Below are positions 24,908 through 36,604 of a stretch of DNA of 64,000 nt, piece by piece. Source of the stretch: Squalus acanthias (lineage: Eukaryota); the NCBI GenBank assembly GCA_030390025.1, contig CM059438.1:67768001-67832000 (forward strand). The letters run 5' to 3'. Both the position numbers and the translations under genes were made by a program. The notes under the pieces were generated by a model, which was given only the letters and a program-made list of their open reading frames with translations, was not told where the DNA came from and did not search any database. Each line of letters opens with the position of its first letter. Positions within the stretch are counted from its first letter, which is position 1.

Positions 24908-25852
24908 TTAGTTTAAACCACCCCCAACAGTACTAGCAAACCTCCCCGCAAGGATGTTGGTCCCGTTCCGGTTCAGGTGCAACCCGTCCGATTTGTACAG
25001 GTCCCACCTTCCCCAGAAGCAGACCCAGTGATCCAGGAAACTAAAGCCCTCCCTCCTGCACCAACTCTTTAGCCACGCATTCATCTGCTCTATCCTCCTA
25101 TTCCTATACTCACTAGCACGTGGCACCGGGAGTAATTCAGAGATTACAACCTTTGAGGGCCTGGTTTTTAATCTGCTACCTAGCTCCCTAAATTCTTGTT
25201 GCAGGACCTCATCCCTCTTTCTACCTATGTCATTGGTACCAATGTGAACCATGACCTCTGACTATTCACCCTCCCCCTTCAGAATGCCCTGCAGCCATTC
25301 AGTGACATCCTTGACCCTGGCACCAGGGAGGCAACATACCATCCTGGAGTCACGTCTGCGGCCACAGAAACGTCTGTCTGTTCCCCTTACGATAGAATCC
25401 CCTATCACGATTGCTCTCCCGCTCTTTTTCCTCCCCTCCTGTGCAGCTGAGCCACTCGTAGTGCCACGGACTTGGCTCTTGCTGCATTCCGCTGAGAAAC
25501 CATCTCCCCCAGCAGTATCCAAAACGGAAAATCTGTCGGAGAGGGAGATGGACCCAGGGGACTCCTGCACTACCTTCCTAGTTTTTTTACTCTGTCTGGC
25601 GGTCACCCATTCCCTGTCTGCCTGTGCACTCTTTAGCTGCGGTGTGACCACCTCGTGAAATGTGCTATCCACGAAGATCTCAGCTTCGCGGATGCTCCAC
25701 AGTGACTCCAGCTCCAGCTCCGAAACGCGGATTTCGAGTAGCTGCAGCTGGAGACACTTCCTGCACATGTGTTCGCCCTGGACACCGAAAGTGTCCCTGA
25801 CTTCCCAAATAGCACAGGAGGAGCACTCCACGCTGCCAAGCTGCCCTGCCAT
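24908..25852 (-). pseudogene. CR1 ORF1 (zinc finger, leucine zipper, SGNH esterase domain) with one in-frame stop
   Basis: CSSC...CRKC, LQLLEIRVSELELESL, GDSIVRG, CLPGA, VHIGTND, DGLHLN. The two ORF pieces are in the same frame, separated by a stop at 25262-64. Confidence 0.93.
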
Positions 25853-26352
25853 GTCCTACCCTTAATTTACTCCCTTTACTTCCTCTAAATTAAAGAATAT
25901 TAAATGCACTAGGGACCTTACTTCCCTTTAAATACTACTTACTCTGAACTAGAGACCTTACTTTTAATTCAACGACTGGACTGTAGAAATACTCACCAGC
26001 TCCTACTTACCAATCAGCTCCTTCCCTGGTTGTGACATCACTTTAGCGGTTTCGCAGTTGTTGTTGTTTGACTGCTCCCGCTCTCGGACACTTTCCAAAC
26101 TCGCAGCACTCCGGTGTCGGGCCTCCTCTGCAGCGCTCTTTTATGGCCACTCCGCCTTCTCTCAGGTCCCGCTGCCGCTCCCACACTGGTCCGCCTCCTC
26201 CGTTCTTGAACCGTTGCAGTCCATGCAGTGAAGGTACTCCCACAATGCTGTTAGGTAGGGAGTTCCAGGATATTGATTCCACAACAATGAAGGAACAGCG
26301 ATGTGCTGATTAGGATTGTGTGCGACTTGAAGGGGAATTCGGGAGTGATGTT

Positions 26353-26760
26353 GTAAGGACATAAGAACATAAGAAATAGGAGCAGGAGTAGGTCATTTGG
26401 GGCCTCGCGCCTGCTCCGCCATTCAATAAGATCATGGCTGATCTTCTATCTCAACTCCACTTTCCTGCACTATCCCTTGATTCCCTTAATATTCAAAAAT
26501 CTATCGATCCCTGTCTTGAATATACTCAACGACTGAGCCTCCACAGCCCTCTGGGGTAGAGAATTCCAAAGATTCACCACCCTCTGAGTGAAGAAATTTC
26601 TCCTCATCTCAGTTCTAAATGGCCGATCCCTTATTCTGAGGCTGTGACCCCTGGTTCTAGACTCCCCAGCCAGAGGAAACATCCTCCCTGCATCTACCCT
26701 GTCAAGCTCTGTAAGAATTTTGTATGTTTCAATGAGATCACCTCTCATTCTTCTAAACTC
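26353..26760 (-). mobile_element. CR1 3' fragment
   Basis: Encodes EFRRMRGDLIE...WNSLP; (TTCTTATG)n tail; TSD ATGTT (26348-52, 26761-65). Confidence 0.93.
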
Positions 26761-28149
26761 ATGTTCCCATGCATCTGCTGCCCTTATCCTTCCAGGTGGT
26801 GGTCGCGGGTTTGGGAGGTGCTGCCGAAGAAGCCTTGCTGAGTTAATGCAGTGCATCCTGTAGATAGTATACACTATAGCCAGAGTGTGGCCGGTGGTGG
26901 AGGGAGTGGATTGTTAATGTGGTAGATGGACTGCCAATTATGTGGATTGATTTGTCCTGCACGGTGTGAAGCTTCTTGAGTGATGTAGCTTTACCCATCC
27001 AGGCAAGTGGAGTATTCTGTCACACTCCTGACTTGTACTATGTTGGTGGTGGAGAGGATTTGGGTAGTCAGGAAGTGAGTCACTCGCTGCAGTATACCAA
27101 GCCTTTGACTTACGCTGGTAGCCATGGCATTTATGTGGCTGGTCCAGGTGAGTTTCTGGTCAATGGTGACTCCTGTTTTTTTTGACAAAGTTAATGAATT
27201 GTACAATTTCTTTCATTAACCAAACAGCAATAAAAACAATCAAATTTCAGAATTTCCATGTCTCTTTTAACCGGTGAAGTGGAGTTTCTAAAAAAAAGTC
27301 TAAATATATGAGGTTGCTAGGAAATATTTTGTGAGACTTAGAAATGGAATCAATATAAACGTCAGGGATTAATTGTCGTTAAAAAACAGAACATGCTCAG
27401 AGAAACCAGGTCAAATTGTCTTTCATTTACTGAGGGCTAATGTGGCTCAACATTTTGCTAAATTGAGGCCTCGATGATTAATATGTTCAATGGTGAATGT
27501 TCCAGGGTGCTGTCCCAACAAAGTTGGATGATTAACCTTGCATGAGGTAGTTTTGAGACAGGGAAAAGAGAAGCTGGAGCCTGATGTAGCTCCAGGGCCC
27601 CGTGGAGAGTGGAAAGGAGAAAATTAGCGTTAGCTGGTCGGAACAAAGACTTTTGATAGTCTTCAAGTTTATTTCTGAATCCAAATTAGCCGGAGTTAAT
27701 GAAAATCCGTAAATGTCTTTTTTTTAAATGGTAGCACACAGGTGAAGCGGGATTGTCTGCCTTGTTCCAGTTTTTTTGTTCAAATCTGACTGATTCATCT
27801 AATTGCTGTAGAGTTATTACATTGCAGTGACTCAGATGAGATCGGAAATAGTCTGCTAGCGTTTTTGGCTAGGATGATGGTTCAGTCCAGGAGCGAGCAA
27901 GGGCCACAAAATTAGAGAGATCGATCGCCTGTCGAAATCTGTTTCCATATTTACTTGAAACTCTCGCACATTTTGGTCACAATACACCACTTCAAATGCT
28001 TCTTACCTGCCAACATACTGTGCGCATAATGTCGTGCTGTGTCCATGTCTGTGTAAGAGAGACTGAGTGATTAGATGGAGAAAGAACAAGAAAACATGGT
28101 AATAGCCCTGTGCTTGCAGGAAGAGGCTACTTCTTGAAGGAGCAGTTCT

Positions 28150-28860
28150 GTGGCTGCATCATTTAATATAGTGCCTTTAAATAAAAAAATGTTCTAAGAT
28201 GCTTCAAGAAGGTGTAGTCAGACAAAAATGGATGTGGAGCTGGAGAAGGAAACATTAGGAAGGATGACCTAAAGCTGCATCAAAAAGACGGGTTGTAAGG
28301 AGGGTCTTTAAGGAGGAGGAAGGGAGGAGGGGCTAAGGGAAGGAAATCCAGAGCATGGGGCCTAGGCAGCTGATAGCACCGCCACTAATAGTGGGGGGAT
28401 GTACAAGAGGCTAGAATTGGAGGAATGGAGAGTTCTGGGGGTGGGGTTGTAGAGTTGGAGGAGGGTACAAAGGTAGGATGTGGAAAGGCCATGAAAGGAT
28501 TTAAACAAGAGGCTGATCATTTTAAATTGGAGATGCTGGGGACCGGGAGCCAATGTAAGTAAGCAAGCACAGGAGTGAATGGTGAGCAGAACTTGGTGTG
28601 GAATAGGATATGGGCAACAGAGTTTTGGATGAGCTGAAGTCTATAGGGTGGTCCGGAGGCTGACCCAGACTCAACTGTTCTAATGCTGTCCTGAAGTAAC
28701 AAAAGCTGAGAGTTTCAGCAGCAGATGGACTGTAGCATGGGCAGAAGCAGAGGCGGGCAATGTACAGAGGTCTTTGGGATGGCGGTCTTTGTGATGGAGA
28801 GGGTTTGGTGTCGGAAGCTCAACTCAGGTTGAAATGTAATGCTGAGGTGGCCAACAGATA
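28150..28860 (-). mobile_element. L2-type LINE 3' fragment
   Basis: Encodes RLQLIQNSVAHIL...FTPVLAYLHWLPV and LLFKSFHGL..SYL. The 3' end GGCACTATATTAAATGATGCAG is similar to 61200. Confidence 0.8.
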
Positions 28861-29011
28861 ATCATTTTTGTAATGAGAAAAAGAGGACAAGGTTAACTAA
28901 TCTCTTGAATATTTGTAATTGAGAACTTTATTGCACATTTATTTGAACATTGTTCTTTCCTTGTGCAAAAGTTGAGTTTGAACCCAACCCAAATAAGTGT
29001 GATCTCTTTCA

Positions 29012-29160
29012 GACAAAATCTGCGGATGCTGGAAATCTGAAATAAAAACAGAAAATGCTGGAAATACTCAGCAGGTCAGGCAGCATCTGTGGAGAGAGAA
29101 ACAGAGTTAATGTTTCAGGTCGATGACCCTTCTGACGATATTTCCTGCATTTTCTGTTCT
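29012..29160. mobile_element. Penelope-like element terminal (pLTR) hairpin remnant
   Basis: ACAGAAAATGCTGGAAATA ... TATTTCCTGCATTTTCTGT inverted arms. The minus strand carries AGGGTCATCGACCTGAAACATTA (hammerhead stem II-GAAA) and the plus strand a lone CTGACGA. Confidence 0.65.
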
Positions 29161-29211
29161 CTTTCAGAGCTGTTAAACTTTTCAGTGCTGGAATACCTCT
29201 AAATTAAAGAA

Positions 29212-29630
29212 GAACGAACATGCATTTACAGAACACCTTACATGATCGCCAGATGTCCTAAAGCACTTCACAACCAATTGAGAACTTTTATGAAGTGTTG
29301 CAGGCAAACATGACAATCAATTTGCATACAGCAAGGTCCCACAGAAAGCAGTGAGATAAATGATCAGATCATTTTTGTGGTGTTAGTTGAGGAATAAATG
29401 TTGGCCAGGGCACAGGAAGAACTTTCTTGCTCTTTTTCATACAGTGCCATGCGGTCTTTTGCAGCCACCTGGGAGAGCACGCGTGGCCTTAGTTTAAAAT
29501 ATCATCCGAAACACGGCACCTCCAACAATGCAGCACTCCCTCAGTAATCTCTTGATTATACGCTGAAATCTCTGGAGTGGGGCTTGAACCCACAATGTTC
29601 TGACTCACAGACAAGAGGGCTATTACTGGG
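29212..29630 (-). mobile_element. Diverged Deu-domain SINE copy
   Basis: Collinear with 650-1093. Confidence 0.82.
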
Positions 29631-29637
29631 ACATTAT

Positions 29638-31425
29638 GGCCGCGATTGCGCCCATTGACGCGGGTCCGGGGCGGCCAGGACTGGTAGCGCCGTCCCAGCC
29701 CGCTGCCTGCTCCAGCCCGCTCTGTTGAAGTGATTTTACGATGATTGGGCTTGTTAAGCCCGCCCTGCGAGGTTCCCGGCCAATTAAAAGGAAGCGGGTC
29801 TGATGACGTCATTTGTTGAGGCGTCATCAGCCGGTTTCCTTAAAGGGACCTTACGCGAATTGTTTTTGACATTTCTGCTGTCAGTGTTGAGGTGCTGCAA
29901 ACACTGACAAGCACTACACAGAGGTGCACGGCTGCACCCAGGCTCTCCCATGACTCCCTCCATATGCTTATGGAGGGAGTCACAGCACACAGGGAGGTCC
30001 TCTGCCCTTCCCATGGGCTGAAGAAACCTCCCCAGGAGACCTACGCAGCCTGGTTGCACATTGCTCAGGAGGACACAAGCAGGGATGTTGTCAGAAGGAC
30101 CAGGCTGCAGTGGCGCAAACCTTTCAAAGATCTCAGTAGATCACGAAACGTTACTGCAAAGCCATACTCAACCTCATCCTGCTGTGCTGTACATCACATT
30201 CCCATCACTCTGCCTTCCATACCCTACTCCTGCACATCCTTACTCACACCAACTTACCTTGCACCTCCACCCATCCCTCTCTATCTACATTATCACTTCC
30301 CCATCTCACTAGCCACCCCTCACACTCACCCTCATCCTAATGCAAGCATACCAACTAACAACACACAAGGGTAGGCACTTGGATGGTTTAGCCAATGTTC
30401 ATGTGAAGTTTCTGTCAATGTGCTGTCAAACATTGAAACCTTTATTTTCAACACTTTACGTTTTTGGACAGATTTGTGTGCACCTTTGGAAGTGGCTTAG
30501 TGAGTTGTAGTGAATGGTGAGATATAAGGGTACCCCCCCCCCCCCCCACAATGGTGATGAGTGTGAAAGGAATGGCTTGGACATTGTAAGGATGCTTTAT
30601 GGTGCAGGTGTGGGGTGGTGCCAACCTGACGCATCATGTGGCAGCCAGGGTGTACAGCGTCAAGTGAAGTAAATCTGGCCATGGTGAGGCCATCTCTGGC
30701 ATCCTGGGCAGCAATGTGGTCAGGTGCTGATGCCCTCTGTCCTGTGCAGCATCAGTTGATTGCGGAGAAGGTTGGTGTTGTTGTTGATGCTGCTGGTGTG
30801 CCTGGTGATGCTGGTGTTGGGGCTGATCGTGGTGGGATTCTGAGGACCAAGGTGAGATATTTTGAAGGGCACCGATGCTGGTGGAATAGATGGCAGGTGA
30901 GGTTGAGATGACAGAAACGATCTGTCAATGGTGAGAGAGGTTGTTCCAATGAGGTGGCACTGGATAGAGAGTTTGCTCCAAACACTTGCAAGCTGCAGAA
31001 AGCTCAATCTGTCTTCCAAATGCAGTAACCAACAGTTTCTGAGCTTTGAAAGTGAATAGCTGTAACATGGGATCTTTTATACAACTTTGGCAGCTGTCGA
31101 GTCATGAGATAATTCGGTGCTGAATCCACTCTCAACATGCTGAGCTGATGTATTCCCCGAGCAGCGGGTAACCCATGGGGGAACACTTAAAATTGAAAGG
31201 TGGGCAGAAAATAACACTTAATTGGCTGTTAACAATGCATTTAATGATGTCAATTGCCTCCCCCGACGCTTGGAGTCGGGTCTGTTCAGCGCCAACAGAC
31301 CCGACACCTGGGAGACTCGTGTGGAGGCGGGTTGATAGTGGGAACCCAACCCGCTGTCAATCATTTCTATTTTCACAGCTGACCCGCCTCCGGTCCCGTT
31401 CTCTCAGCCCCCGCAAAATTCTATC
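29638..31425 (+). mobile_element. Deleted Harbinger element: Myb exon 1 (+) and a convergent transposase stub (-)
   Basis: Degenerate TIRs (GGCCGCGATTGCG / CCGCAAAATTCTATC) with possible TAT TSD. The subterminal block TTGTTAAGCCCGCCC..GGCCAATTAA is shared with family A. Confidence 0.75.
29917..30149 (+). pseudogene. Harbinger Myb/SANT-like DNA-binding protein, exon 1 remnant
   Basis: APRLSHDSLHMLMEGVTAHREVLCP..KKPP..AAWLHIAQE..RRTRLQWRKPFKDL, a Myb_DNA-bind_5-like pattern homologous to 54376-54615. Confidence 0.8.
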
Positions 31426-34018
31426 TATTTGAATAACATGTTAAAAATGATTTTCCATCTATTAGGATAAATGTTAAAAAGTAGAATTAATAAAACATAA
31501 AGAATCCGAGAATGTTCCTTGCTTTGAAATATTGTTGGAATAAACATGACAATTATAAATCTTGATATTTTTTAGTATTGGTGTGGCAATACTTCTTTGG
31601 TCTGCACTGGGTGAATGAGCTGAAATAAAACAACTTTTCACAGTCTCGGCCTATGTCTCTATGCTCGGCTAGGAGAGAGGTTCACTCTGCATTTTTTTTG
31701 TGTTGTACCACACCCAGAAGTGTTGAGTATGAACACAAGATCTAATTTGTGTGGTCTTCGATTAATTTTCTTAATTCTCTTTTCAGTTCAATTTCTATTG
31801 CTTATCCTGCATAACTGGGTACAGCAGTGACATTCAACACCGTCCTTTAAACTCTGTAAGCTGAGGTTCAATGCAGAGTGAAGGAATGAAGATGACTTTC
31901 TCCACATAGAACTGTGGTTGTTCACTAATTATTTTGAGAGCCACGTTGTATCTTGAAGGATACATTGTCAAGCAACAAAAATGGACCAGCTTCTCAAGTA
32001 TATCCAGTAATATATCCTCGTTGGTATTTCTGGTACCCAAATGGGGCAAAGTTGAGAAGCAGTTTTCAGGCAAAATGTCTTATCGTTAAAATGGTTGCCT
32101 GCGTTTTTGTTTGTGAAGAGCTTCCTTCCTTGTCAGTTAATATAATTCTGAAGCTATGTTGTTCAATGTCACACAAATATTCAGAGGTAATTTATTCAGT
32201 TATTTCGAGGAAATATCTACGGTGTTCCCCAAATAAACTGCAATTATGATTCAACATCTTCAGATAAAATATGTATATTTTCTCAATCAATTACAGCTCC
32301 AAGCTCATGTCAGTATATAAGTTACTCCCCATTCCCAACCTATACCAGAAGAATCTCTTGCACTAACCAAGTCTGAGAAGATGGAAGGTCAGTGCAAATG
32401 ATACTTTTGAATGTTTCTTCGTGTTCACTGCCAATATTATGCTGCATTAAATCAGTTAAGTGTTTTTAGTAAGGATAATGATGGAAGAATATGGTTGATA
32501 CTGCTTAATGACCAAATAAAATGTTCTTTTTAATGAGCTGTAAAAGTCAGGTTGGTAACACGGTTTAAAATCTAGCCGTGAAAGATTACAGTGAGCCGAG
32601 CTTGTCTTTAAGACTGTACTCATTAAAAAAAATGCATATTTTGAAAAATGTACAAATGTGATTGTTCAATTTTTGTAGCACATTTATGTACTGTGCCGCC
32701 TTTAACTGCAATTATTTTATTTAAAAATTATGGCCAATTGTTTTCATCCCGTGCATCTATACATAACAAGTGTACTACGTGTCACGGAAGAACTAAATAA
32801 ACGTGCATTTGAGGCCGCAATACAACATCAAGGTTCAACACTGGTACAAGTGGTTCACACAAAATTTGCTTTTGTGCTTTATACTGTCATTAATGCCCCA
32901 TTGTTGTGTCACAGGTTTGATGTATTGTCCTTGCCACCTATTATTTTCATTTGAGAGAGACACAAGATTCATGACCTGCATGTTGTTACAAAGCCCCTGG
33001 GCCTCAAACATCAAGTTAACACAAAATACTACAGCAGTGGACCCGAGGAAGTACCACACCGAAATCTACAGTGACGTACCCCTGGATGCGTCATGCTATT
33101 TCATGTTATGACGAACATGAGTTTGCATCTCAGTAATGCTTGGGAGATTCTACTGTTCAGTGCAATGTTGGAGCAATGGGTGCTCGTACCTCTATTGTGA
33201 TTGTTTAATTACTGAATTGAATTGAAGTGAAAGAGTTTAATTGAAACATCAAAGGTGACAGATTGTCCTACAATTCATACTGATCTGCGAGCATGGCATT
33301 ATTCTAAGCATTGCGCAGATTGCCCACATGCTATTACACGTACTTATTGCAGCCAGTGCTGCCCATCACACAGATGTGGTTCCCCCAACCCAAGTGCACC
33401 GCAATTCCAGCTGCCAGAAGCAGGTAAATTTGCCAGTTTTGGTTTGCAATAAATGCAGCACATGGTTATCAAAGAAAATTGCATCTGTAATCAGAGACGA
33501 GGGCTTTGTATGAAGCGGGTGACTGTGATGGTCTGAGTTATGGTCAACTTTCACATGGTTTCCGTTTTCTGACATTCAAAATAAGATGCAATTATGCTGC
33601 CACTCCACTTTCATATCAATTGAAAGCAATGTTCAACAGCCTAACTTGGGAGTTTGATCAGTGATCTAATGTGCGACATGTGAGACCATGTCACAGCCCT
33701 TCAGGTTTACCCTGGGAAAAGTCTGACTCCACATGATCTCCTGGGAGCTTTAGAAGCTTATTTTACAATAATTTTAAAACTAGTAGAAAGCCGATATTTG
33801 CTCATGCCAACTGAAGACGAGCTATCTGAGGAGCAGAATTCTGCAGCTCTAGCCAAGCCTGCAGACGCAGAGCTCCATTGTCACTGAGCTCAGTACAAGG
33901 TCTAACTTGGATTTGCCAGCAGAACATGTCAGTTTACAGATACTTGCGATTGATGGCTGAGGTATAACTGCAACCTTGGGTTGGTGGAACAGCAACCGAG
34001 ACCTTGTCCAAAATCATC

Positions 34019-34096
34019 GGCCCTGAATTTGCGGGTCGGAGGCGTACCTCCAGAGTACGCCTCCGACCCGCGAAATATTTCCGAACTTACCTCCTG
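34019..34096 (+). mobile_element. Isolated left end of a family B MITE
   Basis: TIR GGCCCTGAATTTGCGG followed by a perfect 17-bp inverted repeat (34031-47 / 34055-71). Confidence 0.7.
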
Positions 34097-34139
34097 GCTC
34101 CACAGCTACAGTGAATTCAGGTCTCGGAACTGGTATACA

Positions 34140-34692
34140 GTCAGGAAGGAGTGGCTCATGGCTTCAGGTTAAGCATGGGCAAGGAAACCTCCTGTTGATT
34201 ACCATCTACTGCCCTCCCTCAGCTGATGAATCAGTACTCCTCCATGTTGAACACCACTTGGAAGAAGCACTGAGAGTAGCAAGGGGACAGAATGTACTCT
34301 GGGTGGGGGACTTCAATATCCATCACCAAGAGTGGCTCGGTAACACCACTGCTGACCGAGCTGGCCGAGTCCTGAAGGACATAACTGCCAGTCTGGACCA
34401 GCGACATGTGGTGAGAGAACCAACACGAGGGGAAAAACTTACTTGACCTCGTGCTCACCAATCTACCTGTCGCAGATGCATCTGTCCATGACAGTATTGG
34501 TAGAAGTGACCACCGCACAGTCATTGTGGAGACGAAGTCCCATTTTCACACTGTGAGCACCCTCCATCGTGTTGTGTGGCACCACCACAATGCTAAATGG
34601 GATAGATTCAGAACAGATCTAGCAGCTCAAAACTGGGCATCCATGAGGCGCTGTGGGGCAGCAGCAGAATTGTATTCCACCACAATCTGCAA
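34140..34692 (+). mobile_element. Family-2 LINE endonuclease-region fragment
   Basis: Encodes ITIYCPPSADES..VLWVGDFNIHH..REPTRG / LDLVLTN..SDHRTV (APE endonuclease motifs). Confidence 0.85.
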
Positions 34693-36604
34693 CTCATTGA
34701 ATACTCATCACAGGGTCCTACTTCAAATCAAGACACTTCGCACTACTCAAACTCATTGTTTCTCAGACTCTTAAATCTGTGGAGCTCCTTACCACCCTCA
34801 GTATTCCTTATCTCTTATAATAAAAACCCAGCTTGGCATCACCAAATCAGCAAATCCCAAGTTGCCTCTTTGCTTTCTTTCCCCAATCTTGGTTGTGTGC
34901 TCCTTTGGGCCTGGGTGCTTAGTTTCTCAATTAAAAAAATTAAAAACATACACTTTACAACCTTGTTTCCCATCTTCAAGCATATCTGGAAGCATATCAG
35001 TTCTCTCTAAAGCTGATTCCATTTGTTTCTTCATTTACTGAATATGCAACTTGTTGGCTCAACCACAGTTCTTTAAATCAGAAAAGTTTGTAAGTTGTAG
35101 CAAACCCAGTATTTACTGGTGTCTTGGAGGAGAAGAGGGACCATTAAAATGATAACCCGTAGGCCAAATGTTACTTCTGAAAGCAATAATTGTCTCTCAA
35201 TCTAACGCTATTTTTGAGGACCAAGTTAAGTAGTATTGTTGAGAGGGGACGATTGTATATAAGAAATACGACTATACTTCAAAACTAATTTAGAATGTGA
35301 AGTGTTTTGGAACATTTTTCTGACACAACCAAAGTTATTTTTGTCTAGTCTTAGCTTTGGAATCGTCCCATTAACTCAGCTCTGCCGCTTTTCAAGAGAT
35401 GTGATGGGACAGGAAAGATCCAGTATCTGAATCAATTTACAGAAAGGTTTTCTGTTTCTTATTCTGGGCTCACAATCTGGACATTAGGTCTAATGAAGAT
35501 ATTCTTGAAACCATAGGAACCAAAGACTCACTTATGAGAGCATTCAGAATCACAGAAGCTGAGGTATCTAGGATAAGAAAACCCAAGTCCCAAGCATGTT
35601 AAACACAAACACTAACAGATTTAAAAAGTACCTTGCCTTCCTGTGTGTAGCAGGATTTAGTTTCTCAGTAAGAAAAGCAGAATTTACAATATTGCTTGGA
35701 AAGATATTGGAGATTTAACAATTTTAATGAATAAAATATACTAGCAGATCTCTCATAACATTACAAATGGGTAGTCTGCAAAACTAGATTACAGTTTCTG
35801 AGGGTTAACGACCTCTTGCTGCATAACAGCAACTCAAGAGCAAATTTATTAAAGCAGTCTTACTGACACTGGGGCATGAATATTTCTATTTAATGGTGAA
35901 CTGTGTAAAGTGCTGAGAAAAAATAAAGTTTTATTTTTGATGTTATTTCCTCCACATGCATCTAACAATTGCATTTTGTAAATTTATTGCATGGGTGCCA
36001 TCATGTGATGTGGATCATTGCGGTACATTTCTGGTATTGTAACTCCACAGGAGAGAGGTAGCTTTAAGTCTCCTACAATGCATCTCTCCTCAGTACCCAA
36101 ATATGAGGTGAAATATCCAACTCAGGCTGTAGGTTCTAGATAGGACAGGGCAGGGGAACTTCTTACAGGCATTTCAAACATGAAGTGAGAAACATTATAG
36201 GTATGTTTTGTGTAATGTTTGTGTGTTTTGTATGGTATAAATGTTATTTCTAGCTGTATAATTAAAGCCACCTTCTGCCCAAAAACATTGTCAATTCCAT
36301 TATTTGAACAATTTGATTGGCCTGTCTTGTGGTACTTGCTGAAGAAGATTTGATTGCTCATTTTGCTGTTAATTACTCATTCTTCATTCGGAAATTTGAT
36401 TCGTTCACATCTGCGTAATTGGAGGTTTGATTGGTAGCTTAACAGATAAATGGTTATCTGAGGTGTTTTTTCCTGCCTTAAGGAGAGGTGACACTTCTAC
36501 AATGAATGCATTTGAAAGGTGTGACACCTTGTCCAGAGTCAGACAGAAGACTTTCAATTATCAAGATAAATAATAAACAGAGTGTATGTGTCCACTGCAC
36601 AATA

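Larger units (their letters stand above)
21915..26202 (-). mobile_element. Near full-length CR1 LINE (~4.3 kb)
   Basis: GC-rich 5' UTR (about 25853-26202), ORF1, ORF2, 3' hairpin and (TATGACTC)n tail. Confidence 0.95.
21812..27175 (-). mobile_element. Family-2 LINE 3' fragment split into three pieces by two CR1 insertions
   Basis: Pieces 21812-21914, 26203-26352 and 26761-27175 join collinearly with the uninterrupted copy at 36605-37270. Confidence 0.85.
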
